From Oscillospiraceae bacterium (lineage in GTDB: Bacteria; Bacillota; Clostridia; Oscillospirales; CAG-272), in the NCBI GenBank assembly GCA_015064005.1, contig SVTA01000002.1, positions 1 to 52,052 on the forward strand: a DNA stretch of 52,052 nucleotides, given 5' to 3'. Below, piece after piece: positions 24,870 to 34,731 of this stretch; the stretch's first letter is position 1, and each line of letters starts with the position of its first letter. A program made the position numbers and the translations under genes. The notes under the pieces are model-generated. The model was not told the origin of the DNA. It did no database searches and worked only from the letters and a program-made list of their open reading frames with translations.

Positions 24870-25610
24870 TCAGGAAAGATCATATTCCGGATAATACTGA
24901 TATCCCAAGGGCGGCATGACGGTGACGTCGCTGCCGGGCACCGGAATTTGCAGCGTCACGGTGCCGATCAGCACCACGTCCTCGCCCTTCAGCTCCAGCG
25001 TCAGCGCGCAAGCGGTCACGTAGTCGCCGTCCACCGTCATCTGCAGCGTGCCGCCGGAAAGCGTAAAGGCGGTGCCGTCGGACGCGGCGTCTTGACCGGG
25101 ACGCGCCTGCCACAGGCTCTCCGCCAGCGGCAAAAACAACGTGGAAAGGGTCGTGCCATCCGGCGAAAACAGGGCAGTTTCTCCCTCCATCTCTACGTTT
25201 TCCCATACCGTTTGGGGGTATTCCCGCAAAAGCGCCTCTACGGCGGTGAGATAATCGTATTTCTCGGTAAAGTCGGGCACACGGGATTTGAAGCTGGTGC
25301 TGTTGGCGGTCACGTAAAACCATTCCCCTACCTGATAGACCGCGGCGCTTTGGCTCTTGCCGTTTTTGGTGACGGTGGCGGCTGCATTCATACTACCGTC
25401 CCGGCGGTTCACGGCAAGCTCGGCCGAAAGGGTCAGCGCCGCTTCTGCGCCTGCCACCGCCAGCTCCACGTCGAGAAGCATGCCGCAGGATTCCAGCGCG
25501 GCGGTGCGCTTCATTGCCTTTTCCACCCTCCGCGCCGGGTCATTGCTGCAGGCAGGCAGCAGCCACAGCAGGCAGAGTGCCATGATAACGGCTATCCATC
25601 TTTTTTTCAT
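24870..25610 (-). CDS. Hypothetical lipoprotein
   Basis: MKKRWIAVIMALCLLWLLPAC contains a lipobox. The ATG at 25610 is preceded by AAAGAGGGA. Confidence 0.7.
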   Translation of the reverse strand: MKKRWIAVIMALCLLWLLPACSNDPARRVEKAMKRTAALESCGMLLDVELAVAGAEAALTLSAELAVNRRDGSMNAAATVTKNGKSQSAAVYQVGEWFYVTANSTSFKSRVPDFTEKYDYLTAVEALLREYPQTVWENVEMEGETALFSPDGTTLSTLFLPLAESLWQARPGQDAASDGTAFTLSGGTLQMTVDGDYVTACALTLELKGEDVVLIGTVTLQIPVPGSDVTVMPPLGYQYYPEYDLS

Positions 25611-25630
25611 CGCATTTCCCTCTTTGAACG

Positions 25631-25662
25631 CCAAAACGGTGCGAGCTCTCGCACCGTTTTGG
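25631..25662. terminator. Hairpin downstream of livF
   Basis: ccaaaacggtgcgag-ct-ctcgcaccgttttgg. Confidence 0.55.
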
Positions 25663-25672
25663 CACTTTTTCA

Positions 25673-26389
25673 TTATGCACCGAGATAGGCCTTGCGCACA
25701 CGGTCGTCCTCAGAAAGCTCCTTGGCATCACCGGACATGGTGATCACACCATTCTCCAGCACGTAGGCACGGTCGGAAATGGCCATGGCCATCTTAGCGT
25801 TCTGCTCCACCAGCAGCACGGTCTTGCCTGCTGCGTGGAAGGACTTGATGATCTCGAATACCTCACCCACCAAAAGGGGAGAGAGGCCCATGGAGGGCTC
25901 GTCCAGCACGATCAGCTCGGGACTGGCCAGCAGGGCTCGGCCCATGGCCAGCATCTGCTGCTCGCCGCCGGAAAGTGTGCCTGCCAGCTGGCGGCGGCGC
26001 TCCTCCAGACGCGGGAACTGCCGGAATACCATCTCGAGATTACTCTCAATCTCAGCCTTATCCTTGCGGGAGTATGCCCCCAGCAGGAGGTTTTCATACA
26101 CCGAAAGGTTCTGGAAAATGCGACGCCCCTCCGGCACGTGGGAGATACCCATCGTCACGATCTTGTGGGCGGGGGTGCGGGTGATCTCGGCATCCTTATA
26201 GAACACCTTGCCGCTTTTGGCACGGATCAGGCCGGTAATGGTGTGCAGTGTGGTGGTCTTTCCCGCACCGTTTGCGCCGATCAACGAAACGATCTCACCG
26301 CGGTTGACCGAAAAGGAAATGCCCTTCAGCGCTTGGATCACACCGTAATAAACAGAGAGATCCTCTACTCTCAATAAGGTTTCAGACAT
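25673..26389 (-). CDS. livF: Branched-chain amino acid ABC transporter ATP-binding protein
   Basis: GANGAGKTT, LSGGEQQML, LIVLDEPSMGLSP. Last gene of the liv-type operon. Confidence 0.9.
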   Translation of the reverse strand: MSETLLRVEDLSVYYGVIQALKGISFSVNRGEIVSLIGANGAGKTTTLHTITGLIRAKSGKVFYKDAEITRTPAHKIVTMGISHVPEGRRIFQNLSVYENLLLGAYSRKDKAEIESNLEMVFRQFPRLEERRRQLAGTLSGGEQQMLAMGRALLASPELIVLDEPSMGLSPLLVGEVFEIIKSFHAAGKTVLLVEQNAKMAMAISDRAYVLENGVITMSGDAKELSEDDRVRKAYLGA

Positions 26390-26404
26390 ATCGCACTTCC
26401 TTTC

Positions 26405-27175
26405 TCACTCACCAAGGTAGGCCTTGATGACTGCGGGATTGGCCAGCACCTCGGCGGTGGGGCCGGTGACCAGCTCGGTGCCGAAATTCAGCACCGTCAG
26501 CTTTTCGCAGATGCCGCCAACCAGACGCATATCGTGCTCGATCAGCAGAATGGTCATGCCAAATTCCCGCTGCACAAACATAATATCGTCCATCAGCTCC
26601 TGGGTCTCGTTGGGGTTCATACCGGCAGCCGGCTCATCCAGCAGCAGGAGCTTCGGATTGGTGGCAAGAGCTCTGGCGATCTCCAGCTTTCTCTGCTTGC
26701 CGTAGGGCAGATTGGCAGCCAGATAATCGCTGTAGGCATCCAGCTTAAAGACGCGCAAAAGCTCCATTGCCCGCTCTCTCGCCTCCCGCTCGGAGCGCTT
26801 GTGGCGGGGCAGACGCAGAATGGATTCAAATACGTTGCAGGGGATCTGATTGGCAAGGCCAACCATCACGTTTTCCAGCACCGTCAGATTGTGGAACAGA
26901 CGGATGTTCTGGAACGTACGGGCAATGCCCTTGCGGTTGATCTCAGCAGGCGCCTTGCCGCCGATCTGCTCGCCGCAAAGGTAAATGCGGCCGAGGGTAG
27001 GCTTGTAAACACCGGTCAGCAGGTTGAAAACCGTGGTTTTTCCCGCACCGTTGGGGCCGATCAGACCGTAAAGCTCACCCTTCTTGATCTCCAGATTCAC
27101 ATCGTCCACAGCCTTCAGACCGCCGAACTGGATGGCAAGATGCTCCACCTTCAGAATGGTTTCGCGTTCACTCAT
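26405..27175 (-). CDS. livG: Branched-chain amino acid ABC transporter ATP-binding protein
   Basis: GPNGAGKTT, LPYGKQRKLEIARAL, LLLLDEPAAGMNPNE. Confidence 0.9.
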   Translation of the reverse strand: MSERETILKVEHLAIQFGGLKAVDDVNLEIKKGELYGLIGPNGAGKTTVFNLLTGVYKPTLGRIYLCGEQIGGKAPAEINRKGIARTFQNIRLFHNLTVLENVMVGLANQIPCNVFESILRLPRHKRSEREARERAMELLRVFKLDAYSDYLAANLPYGKQRKLEIARALATNPKLLLLDEPAAGMNPNETQELMDDIMFVQREFGMTILLIEHDMRLVGGICEKLTVLNFGTELVTGPTAEVLANPAVIKAYLGE

Positions 27176-28214
27176 GGGGCACCTCCTCCTCTGCCGGCTT
27201 CTTCTTCAGCTTGGACAGCAGTGTGTTCAGATTATACTTTTCGCGGAAGCCCTTGAGACCGGGGGCGTTCTTGTAAATCACGATGGTGATGAGAATGAGG
27301 GCGTAGAACACGTTCTGCAGCACCGCCAGGTTGCCGGTCAGCACCGTTTGGAGCTTGGTGTTGATGAAGGTGATCAGCGCCGCGGCAATCAGAGAGCCGT
27401 TGACGGAGCCCATGCCGCCCAGCACCACCATAACCAGGATCTCAATGGAGTAATTGTAATCAAAGGTTGCGCTCTGCACGCGGGAAACGGTATAGCTGTA
27501 AAGCACGCCCGCCACGCCCGCAAAGAACGCGGAAACGGTAAATACAAAGAGCTTGTACTTGGTGATATCAATGCCCATGGCGCGGGCTGCGATCTCATTG
27601 TCCTTGATGGAAATGATGGCGCGGCCGTGCTTGGAGCGAATGAGGTTCTGCGTCACGGCAAGGCAAAGCAGCACCATGACCAGCGCCAGCACAAACAGAT
27701 ACTTGCGGTCGAAGCGGGGGGTTTCCAGACCCAGCGTGCCACCGAACCAGGACATCGGCAGGTTCATCACCACATTACGCACGATCTCACCGAAGGCAAG
27801 AGTCACGATAGCCAGATAGTCACCCTTCAGACGCAGCGCGGGCAGACCGATGACAAAGCCAAGCACTGCCGCAGCGCAGCCGCCGGCCACGCAGGCCACC
27901 AGCAGTGTGACAATGCTATTCTGATTGCCGGAGGCAGCGGTCATGGCCGCAGCCAGCTTACCGCCCAGATATGCACCGGCACACATAAAGCCGGCGTGGC
28001 CGAGGGAAAGCTCGCCAAGGAAGCCCACCACCATGCTGAGAGATACGGCAAGCAGCGCCGCAATGGCGATCTGCTCCAGCAAGAACTGGTTGCCCATCTT
28101 GAGGCTGCCGGTCATAGACAGAATGCCAAAGACCAGTGCCACCAGCACGACGACGGCGTAATTTGCGTAGTTGCGCAGGAAGGATTTTTTGAAGAACGAT
28201 GCAATACGGTTCAT
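27168..28214 (-). CDS. livM: Branched-chain amino acid ABC transporter permease
   Basis: Polytopic LivM-type permease. Overlaps both neighbouring genes. Confidence 0.85.
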   Translation of the reverse strand: MNRIASFFKKSFLRNYANYAVVVLVALVFGILSMTGSLKMGNQFLLEQIAIAALLAVSLSMVVGFLGELSLGHAGFMCAGAYLGGKLAAAMTAASGNQNSIVTLLVACVAGGCAAAVLGFVIGLPALRLKGDYLAIVTLAFGEIVRNVVMNLPMSWFGGTLGLETPRFDRKYLFVLALVMVLLCLAVTQNLIRSKHGRAIISIKDNEIAARAMGIDITKYKLFVFTVSAFFAGVAGVLYSYTVSRVQSATFDYNYSIEILVMVVLGGMGSVNGSLIAAALITFINTKLQTVLTGNLAVLQNVFYALILITIVIYKNAPGLKGFREKYNLNTLLSKLKKKPAEEEVPHE

Positions 28215-29086
28215 ACCTTTTCCCTCCTTGCCTTGCCGAGCAGGCCTGCGGGCTTCACCAGCAGAATCACGACCAGAACGGCAAATTCAATGGCATCCGT
28301 AAAGGGTGCCAGCTTGGGGACACTGAGCGCCAAGCTCTCGATCACACCCAGCAGCACACCGCCCAGCATGGCGCCGGGAATGGAGCCAATGCCGCCGATC
28401 ACCGCCGCCGTGAAGGCCTTGATGCCGGGCATGGCACCCAAAGTGCTGGAAAGCGTGGGAGCCTTCATCAGCATCAGATAGGCCGCCACAGCCGCCAGCG
28501 CGGAGCCGATGGCAAAGGTGACGGCAATGATGCGGTTGGTGTTGATGCCCATCAGCTGAGCAGCGCCGCGATCCTCGGAAACAGCCACCATGGCGCGACC
28601 GGTCTTGGTGTACTTGACGAATACCGTCAGCACGGCCATGATGACCACCGTCACCGCCAGCGTCACCAGCGTACTGTAATTGATACGGAAGCTGCCCAGC
28701 ACGACGGTGCCGTTGATCATAAACCGGGTGGGCATTTTGGGAGCTGCGCCAAAGATGATCTGGGCAAGACTCTGCAAAAGCGAGCTGACACCGATGGCGG
28801 TGATCAGCACAGCCAGTGAGGAGGCGCCGCGCAGGGGCTTATAGGCCAGCCGCTCCACCGTGATGCCCAGCAGCACGCACGCAAGAATGGCAAACGCCAG
28901 CGCCAGCAGAGGCTGATTCAACAGCATCAGCGACACAAACATGGCATAGCCGCCCACCATGATGATATCACCGTGGGCAAAGTTCAGCATTTTGGCAATG
29001 CCGTACACCATGGTATAGCCAATGGCAATGATGGCGTAGGTGCCGCCGGAGCTAAAGCCGTTTAAAAGTGCGGATAAAAATTCCAT
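28211..29086 (-). CDS. livH: Branched-chain amino acid ABC transporter permease
   Basis: GGTYAIIAIGYTMVYGIAKMLNFAHGD is a LivH signature. Confidence 0.85.
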   Translation of the reverse strand: MEFLSALLNGFSSGGTYAIIAIGYTMVYGIAKMLNFAHGDIIMVGGYAMFVSLMLLNQPLLALAFAILACVLLGITVERLAYKPLRGASSLAVLITAIGVSSLLQSLAQIIFGAAPKMPTRFMINGTVVLGSFRINYSTLVTLAVTVVIMAVLTVFVKYTKTGRAMVAVSEDRGAAQLMGINTNRIIAVTFAIGSALAAVAAYLMLMKAPTLSSTLGAMPGIKAFTAAVIGGIGSIPGAMLGGVLLGVIESLALSVPKLAPFTDAIEFAVLVVILLVKPAGLLGKARREKV

Positions 29087-29169
29087 AATCTATCTTCCTA
29101 TTACGACAAGTTTGCTGGCGTGGAAAACCGCGCCAGCAAACCGAAAATGTATGGGGGTGGGACTGCCTA

Positions 29170-30312
29170 TCAGTTGGCAGCAGCCTCCTTGAGCACGTGA
29201 ACAAGAGCCTCCTTGTTAACGAAGCCCTCGGAGGTCCACTTCACCTCGCCGGTACCGGTCACGGCGCCGCTGTAGGTGTAGCCGCCGTTGAGCTGACCCT
29301 TGAGGATCTCGCACATATCGGATGCGGAGGTGTTAGCGTCAACGGTCTTGCCGTCAGCAATAGCAGCCTTGAGAGCGCCAACGATAGCGTAAACGCAGTC
29401 GTAAGCGGAAGCGCCGAACTGGTTGAGAGTATCGGTGCCGTACTTAGCGGTGTAGTTGGCAACAAAGGTCTTGGCGTTATCAGCATCGCTCTTGAAGTGA
29501 GTCAGCATGGTGATCGCCTGAGGAATGGTGGAAAGATCCAGCACGCTCTCCAGACCGTCCAGACCGTCGCAGCCGTAGTAGGTCTTGATGCCGGCCTCTG
29601 CCTTAGCCTGAGTCATGAAGAGGGATGCCTCGGAGTAGTAGATGGGCATGAAGATGAACTCGCAATCCTTCAGAGAGGAAACCTGCGTGGTAAAATCAGC
29701 CTTGGTCTGTTCGGTGAAGGAAGCCTCCACAACGGTAATGGTGTCGTTGAGGTTGGCCTTGAACTCGGTGAAAATACCCTGAGAGTAGTCGATATCAGAC
29801 TGGTAGAACACGCCGATCTTGGTGAGACCCAGGCCGTTTACGTAGTTAGCGGCGGCAACACCCTGCTTCTTATCAGCGAAGCACATCTGGTAGCCGTTGG
29901 ACTCAGCACGAACGGCGTCAGCAGAGGCGGAGGGGGTCATAAAGAAGATGTTGTCGTTCTTGGACAGATTCTTGAACTCCAGTGCGGGCTGCGTGGTAAC
30001 CGTACCGAGAGATACCTGCATGCCCCAGTCAACGAGAGCGGCATAGTTGGTAGCAACCTTGGTGGGGTCGTTCACGTCGTCCATGACCTTCAGCTCAAGC
30101 TTGATGCCGTTGAGACCGCCGTTGGCGTTGATCTCATCAACAGCCATCTGAGCAGCATTGGCAACGCCCTTGCCGTAAACGGCAGCAGAGCCGGTGAGGG
30201 GACCGGAAAGACCGATCTTGATGGTGTCCTCGCTCTTCTTGCAGGAAGAGAAAGCGATGCAGGTGCCGGCGATCATCAGTACAGCCAGCAGCAGTGCGAG
30301 AAGCTTTTTCAT
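29170..30312 (-). CDS. livJ: Branched-chain amino acid ABC transporter substrate-binding lipoprotein
   Basis: Lipobox AFSSC and periplasmic-binding-protein type 1 features (IKIGLSGPLTGSAAVYG). Confidence 0.85.
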   Translation of the reverse strand: MKKLLALLLAVLMIAGTCIAFSSCKKSEDTIKIGLSGPLTGSAAVYGKGVANAAQMAVDEINANGGLNGIKLELKVMDDVNDPTKVATNYAALVDWGMQVSLGTVTTQPALEFKNLSKNDNIFFMTPSASADAVRAESNGYQMCFADKKQGVAAANYVNGLGLTKIGVFYQSDIDYSQGIFTEFKANLNDTITVVEASFTEQTKADFTTQVSSLKDCEFIFMPIYYSEASLFMTQAKAEAGIKTYYGCDGLDGLESVLDLSTIPQAITMLTHFKSDADNAKTFVANYTAKYGTDTLNQFGASAYDCVYAIVGALKAAIADGKTVDANTSASDMCEILKGQLNGGYTYSGAVTGTGEVKWTSEGFVNKEALVHVLKEAAAN

Positions 30313-30367
30313 GGTAATTCTCCTTCAAAATAAATATAAACTTTTCGGCTTGCGCCGTAACGAAGCC

Positions 30368-30396
30368 ATTATATCGCACTTTGGGTCTGTTGGCAA
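30368..30396 (-). promoter_or_regulatory. Sigma-A type promoter of the liv operon (TTGCCA, 17 nt, TATAAT)
   Basis: On the minus strand: attgccaacagacccaaagtgcgatataatgg. Confidence 0.55.
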
Positions 30397-30780
30397 TAGT
30401 CATCTTGCACAAAAATTTGTATTTTACTCAAAAATATAAACATTTTTTGCAAAAAAACCGAAAAAATGAAAGATTATTCCTTGTTTGGATAGTAAAACAA
30501 AAACAAACCGCAACATTCAGAAGAGGGCTTTTCTTTCCGGCAAAACTGTGCTATAATAAATTCAGATGTTTGCCCATACACCACACCCGCCCTTCGCGGC
30601 CCCCGCGCGCGAGCCTTGAACGGGTTTATTGGTCATCATTCTACCGGCATTTACATTGACGGCGCGCCTGTTCGGCGTGCCGTCAACAGCCGGTAGGAAC
30701 GATGATATATAATAAATGTCGCATAAAAATCCGCCACCGGCACAAAATAGCAGCATCGACACCGCCCGGAGGGGGATCTT

Positions 30781-32178
30781 ATGCGCTTTACCTCGTTCGT
30801 TTTTTTATTTTGGTTTTTACCCTTGGTGCTTTTGCTGTATGTTGGGCTACCGACGCTACTCCACCGCTTTTTCCGCCCACGATGGCGCGCAGCTTTGCTG
30901 CAAAATGGGATCCTGCTCTCGTCGGGGCTCCTTTTTTACGCGTGGGGAGAGCCGCTTTACGTGCTGCTACTCCTCGGCACCGTCCTTTTCGATTACTGCG
31001 CCGGCCGCGCCATCGCCCAAAGCAAGCGCCCGAGACCGCTGCTGTGGGGCGCCGTAAGCCTGCACGTGATGCTGCTGCTTTATTTCAAATATGCAGCTCT
31101 GCTGATCCCATCGCCACCGCGCATGCCGCTTGGCCTTTCCTTTTACACCTTCCTTGGCATTTCCTACGTGGCGGATGTCTATTCGAGCCGCATACGGTGT
31201 GAGGAAAGCCTGCTTTCCTTTGGCACCTATATGACCCTTTTTCCCCTGCTGACCGCCGGCCCCATCGCACGGTACGAAACGGTGGCCGGCCCCCTGCGAC
31301 AGCGCGCCGCCACCGCCGCGGACGCCGCTGCGGGCGCCAGACGCTTTTTGGCAGGGCTTGCCAAAAAGGTGCTGCTGGCCAATCCCGCCGGGGGGCTGTT
31401 CCACACCTTTGCCGCATTCCCGAAGGGAGAATTGACGGTAACGGGCGCGCTTTTGGCGCTCTTCGGCTTCTTTTTTCAGATCTATTACGATTTTTCTGGC
31501 TACTCGGATATGGCCATCGGCCTCGGACGCATGTTCGGTTTGCCGCTGCCGGAAAACTTCAATTATCCCTATACCGCCATAGGCTTCCGGGACTTCTGGC
31601 GACGGTGGCACATCACCCTCTCCGCATTCTTCCGGGATTACGTGTATATCCCTCTTGGTGGCAGCAGGCGGGGCGTTTTTCGTACTGTTCTGGCCCTTTT
31701 TGCGGTCTGGAGCCTAACGGGCCTTTGGCACGGCGCCACGCTTAATTTCCTTTTGTGGGGACTTTACTACTTCCTGCTGATTGTGGCGGAGCGCTGGCTG
31801 CCGCAACGGCTAAAAACGGCATTCCCCCGCCCCGTTTGCCGGGTAATCACCATTTTGGGGGTGCTTTTGGGCTGGCTGATATTCGCCTTTGACAGCAGCG
31901 CGGATTACCTCACGCTGTCGGCGCTGGGCAGCTTTTTAAAAGGGCTGCTCGGCCAAAACGGCGTTGCCGCCGGCGCCGATCTGTACGATCTCCTGCGGCA
32001 TCTCCCCTTTTTCGCCGTGGCCGCCATCGGCGCCACGCCCCTGCCACGCCGTCTGTATCATCGCGCCGCCGCGCGATTTCCCGCCCTTTCTCTCCTGCTG
32101 CCGGCCGCCGCGCTGCTGCTTTCCGTGGCCTATCTGGCCGATGCCTCGTTCCTGCCCTTCCTGTACGCCCGTTTTTAA
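30781..32178 (+). CDS. MBOAT family O-acyltransferase (AlgI/DltB-like)
   Basis: FWRRWHITLSAFFRDYVYIPLGGSR contains the conserved MBOAT His region. Polytopic. Confidence 0.9.
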   Translation: MRFTSFVFLFWFLPLVLLLYVGLPTLLHRFFRPRWRAALLQNGILLSSGLLFYAWGEPLYVLLLLGTVLFDYCAGRAIAQSKRPRPLLWGAVSLHVMLLLYFKYAALLIPSPPRMPLGLSFYTFLGISYVADVYSSRIRCEESLLSFGTYMTLFPLLTAGPIARYETVAGPLRQRAATAADAAAGARRFLAGLAKKVLLANPAGGLFHTFAAFPKGELTVTGALLALFGFFFQIYYDFSGYSDMAIGLGRMFGLPLPENFNYPYTAIGFRDFWRRWHITLSAFFRDYVYIPLGGSRRGVFRTVLALFAVWSLTGLWHGATLNFLLWGLYYFLLIVAERWLPQRLKTAFPRPVCRVITILGVLLGWLIFAFDSSADYLTLSALGSFLKGLLGQNGVAAGADLYDLLRHLPFFAVAAIGATPLPRRLYHRAAARFPALSLLLPAAALLLSVAYLADASFLPFLYARF

Positions 32179-32205
32179 TTTTCTTCATCATAGAAAGGAT
32201 ACCAC

Positions 32206-33378
32206 ATGATCCGTTTGCTTACCCGTCTGTTCGTAAGGGACAGCGAAAACATCAAAAAGCCTGCCGTGCGCCACGCCTACGGCACCATGGTGTCAGTGAC
32301 CTGCATTGCTTTGAACGTGGTGCTGTTCATCATCAAGCTGATCGCCGGCACGCTTTCCGGCTCCATTGCCATCCGCGCCGACGCGGTCAACAACCTCTCC
32401 GATGCCGGCTCGTCACTCATCTCCCTGGTCAGCTTCCGCATTGCCGCAAAGCCCGCCGACCGGGATCATCCCTTCGGCCACGCCCGCATTGAATACGTGG
32501 CCTCCATGATCGTTTCCTTCCTCATTTTGTTTGTGGGCGTGGAGCTGGTGCGCGGCTCCTTCGAAAAGCTGCTGGCTCCCGTGGCCACTCAGTTCCACCT
32601 TGCCACCGTCATCATTCTGGCGGTTTCCATCCTCTTTAAGCTGTGGATGGGGCTTTTCAACCGCACGATCGGCAAAAAGATCGACTCCGGCGTCATGCGT
32701 GCCACCGCCGTGGATAGCCTTTCCGATGCGGCAGCTACCACCGCGGTGCTGCTGGCAAACCTTGCCACCCTGATCCTTCCCGCACACATCAGCGTTTATA
32801 TCGACCCTGTTATGGGTCTTTTGGTGGCGATCCTCATTTTCGTGGCGGGGCTGCGCGTGCTGAACGAAACCAAAAACTCCATCCTCGGTGAGGCCCCCGG
32901 CGAGGAGATCGTGGCCGAGATCTGCCGCGTGGTAGGCGAGTATCCCGACGCCCTGGGCATTCACGATCTGGTGGTACACCAATACGGCCCCAACCGCATT
33001 CTTGCCTCACTGCACGTGGAGGTAGACGGCAAAAAAGACGTATTTGAAACCCACGATACCATCGACCTCATCGAGCGGCGACTGCTCGCCGAATGCGGCG
33101 TGGAATGCACGGTACATCTTGACCCCATTGTCACCGATGACGAAGCGCTGAACCTCTGGCGCGAAAAGACCGAGGCACTGGCAAAGCTTTTGGATGAGCG
33201 AATCCAGGTGCACGATTTCCGTATGGTGCCCGGCCCCACTCACACCAATCTCATTTTCGATATTGCCGTCCCCTTTGAGGTGACGCTGACCGACAAGGAG
33301 CTGAAGGAAAAGCTGGCCGCCGGCATTCAGGTGGTCAGCGATACCCACTTCGCGGTGATCACCGTGGATCGGGTCTGA
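32206..33378 (+). CDS. Cation diffusion facilitator family transporter
   Basis: SIAIRADAVNNLSDAGSS ... DRDHPFGHARIEY, plus a C-terminal cytoplasmic domain. Confidence 0.9.
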   Translation: MIRLLTRLFVRDSENIKKPAVRHAYGTMVSVTCIALNVVLFIIKLIAGTLSGSIAIRADAVNNLSDAGSSLISLVSFRIAAKPADRDHPFGHARIEYVASMIVSFLILFVGVELVRGSFEKLLAPVATQFHLATVIILAVSILFKLWMGLFNRTIGKKIDSGVMRATAVDSLSDAAATTAVLLANLATLILPAHISVYIDPVMGLLVAILIFVAGLRVLNETKNSILGEAPGEEIVAEICRVVGEYPDALGIHDLVVHQYGPNRILASLHVEVDGKKDVFETHDTIDLIERRLLAECGVECTVHLDPIVTDDEALNLWREKTEALAKLLDERIQVHDFRMVPGPTHTNLIFDIAVPFEVTLTDKELKEKLAAGIQVVSDTHFAVITVDRV

Positions 33379-33529
33379 TATCGAATCCTTCATTCCCGTT
33401 TTGATCCGCCCCAAAAGCGCGCTCTTCTTCCGCATGATAATAGATGTGGGAATAGGAACGCGCTTTTTCGTTTTCCGAGGTCGGGTGCGCCCCGTGTATA
33501 TTCGATGTAAAAATTATCCGAAAAATTTT

Positions 33530-33544
33530 TTAGAATTCTTCTAA
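33530..33544. promoter_or_regulatory. Fur-family (PerR-like) 7-1-7 box candidate
   Basis: TTAGAAT-T-CTTCTAA (6 of 7 symmetric) abuts the -35 of the rubrerythrin promoter. Confidence 0.45.
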
Positions 33545-33551
33545 AAAACGC

Positions 33552-33580
33552 TTGACAAAGAGAAAAAAGTGTGCTAAAAT
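33552..33580 (+). promoter_or_regulatory. Sigma-A promoter (TTGACA, 17 nt, TAAAAT with TG extension)
   Basis: cttgacaaagagaaaaaagtgtgctaaaatg. Confidence 0.65.
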
Positions 33581-33643
33581 GAAATCGTTCCAAAAGAACC
33601 TCGGCTGTGCCGATGACATTTATGATAAAAAGGAGATTTTGAT

Positions 33644-34195
33644 ATGAAGAAGTGGAGATGTACCATTTGCGGTGAGATCGTGGAGTCCGACGTACGCCCC
33701 GACAAGTGCCCCCTTTGCAAGGCACCCGGTGAGAAGTTCGTTGAGGTCGTTGAGGAAGGCATGACCTGGGCTGCCGAGCACGTGGTTGGCGTTGGCAAGG
33801 CTGAGGGCGTTCCCATGGAGATCATTGAGGGTCTGCGCGCAAACTTCCAGGGCGAGTGCACCGAGGTTGGTATGTATCTGGCTATGGCTCGCGTGGCACA
33901 CCGCGAGGGCTACCCCGAGATCGGCCTGTACTGGGAAAAGGCTGCATGGGAAGAGGCTGAGCACGCTGCCAAGTTCGCAGAGCTGCTGGGCGAGTGCGTT
34001 TCCACCTCCACCAAGGAGAATCTCTCCGTGCGCGTTGCTGCCGAGAACGGCGCTACCGCAGGCAAGTTTGAGCTGGCCAAGATGGCAAAGCAGCATAACC
34101 TCGACGCCATTCACGACACCGTTCACGAGATGGCTCGCGACGAGGCCCGTCACGGACGCGCCTTTGAGGGACTTCTCAAGAGATATTTCGGCTGA
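33644..34195 (+). CDS. rbr: Reverse rubrerythrin (N-terminal rubredoxin-like CxxC...CxxC, C-terminal ferritin-like diiron domain)
   Basis: WRCTICGE...CPLCKA is followed by [10 protein letters not shown] and EEAEHAAKF (ExxH) motifs. Confidence 0.9.
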   Translation: MKKWRCTICGEIVESDVRPDKCPLCKAPGEKFVEVVEEGMTWAAEHVVGVGKAEGVPMEIIEGLRANFQGECTEVGMYLAMARVAHREGYPEIGLYWEKAAWEEAEHAAKFAELLGECVSTSTKENLSVRVAAENGATAGKFELAKMAKQHNLDAIHDTVHEMARDEARHGRAFEGLLKRYFG

Positions 34196-34201
34196 TATTG
34201 T

Positions 34202-34238
34202 AAAAAATCCCGTTCCGCTTGGCGGAACGGGATTTTTT
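34202..34238. terminator. Bidirectional rho-independent terminator
   Basis: aaaaaatcccgttccgc-ttg-gcggaacgggatttttt. Confidence 0.8.
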
Positions 34239-34260
34239 GTTTTCTCGCCCCGTTTGGGGG

Positions 34261-34731
34261 TTAAAGGATCTTTTCCATACCGATCTTCTGGGGCAGGAGA
34301 CCGCATTTTTCGTAAAAGCGGAGAGCGCTTTCGTTGCAGCTCCACACGTTGAGCGTCAGATTATAGCAGCCGGAGCGTTTGGCGAAATCCACGGCAAATT
34401 CATACAGCGCGCGGCCCACGCCCTGGCCGCGGGCAGCCTCGTCCACACAAAGGTCGTCGATGTAAAGGGTTTTGATATCCGTGAGGATATGGCTATCCTT
34501 GTGCTGCTGAAAAATGCCGAAAACGTACCCCGTTACGGCACCAAATTCATTTTCCGCCACAAAAACGGGGGTGCTGTCGTCAGCGATGATGGAGAGCAGC
34601 TCCTCGTCGGTATATTTCTTCACACCGCCGTAAAACAGGTCGGGGCGCCCCTTGTGATGCACCTCTAATACCTGATAAAGCAGGCGGTTGATGTCCGCGA
34701 GATCCCGCGGCTCGGCTCTTCTGATCAGCAT
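34261..34731 (-). CDS. GNAT family N-acetyltransferase
   Basis: LCVDEAARGQGVGRALY is motif A. The ATG at 34731 overlaps the thioesterase stop. Confidence 0.8.
   Translation of the reverse strand: MLIRRAEPRDLADINRLLYQVLEVHHKGRPDLFYGGVKKYTDEELLSIIADDSTPVFVAENEFGAVTGYVFGIFQQHKDSHILTDIKTLYIDDLCVDEAARGQGVGRALYEFAVDFAKRSGCYNLTLNVWSCNESALRFYEKCGLLPQKIGMEKIL

Noticed and set aside
23300-24919. 539-aa ORF on the plus strand, and similar long shadow ORFs (96-950, 8229-9407, 27084-28481, 29197-30333, 35471-36622, 48639-49634, 50694-51980)
   Set aside because: Each lies opposite a gene with unmistakable family signatures (M20 peptidase, pdxK, ABC, livM, livJ, fba, DUF1846, GH28). All show the G/H/R/A-rich bias of antisense frames.
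30313-30560. T-box, riboswitch or CodY box upstream of the liv operon
   Set aside because: The 5' UTR from the predicted promoter is only about 55 nt. I could not identify a specifier/T-box motif or a good AATTTTCWGAAAATT match.
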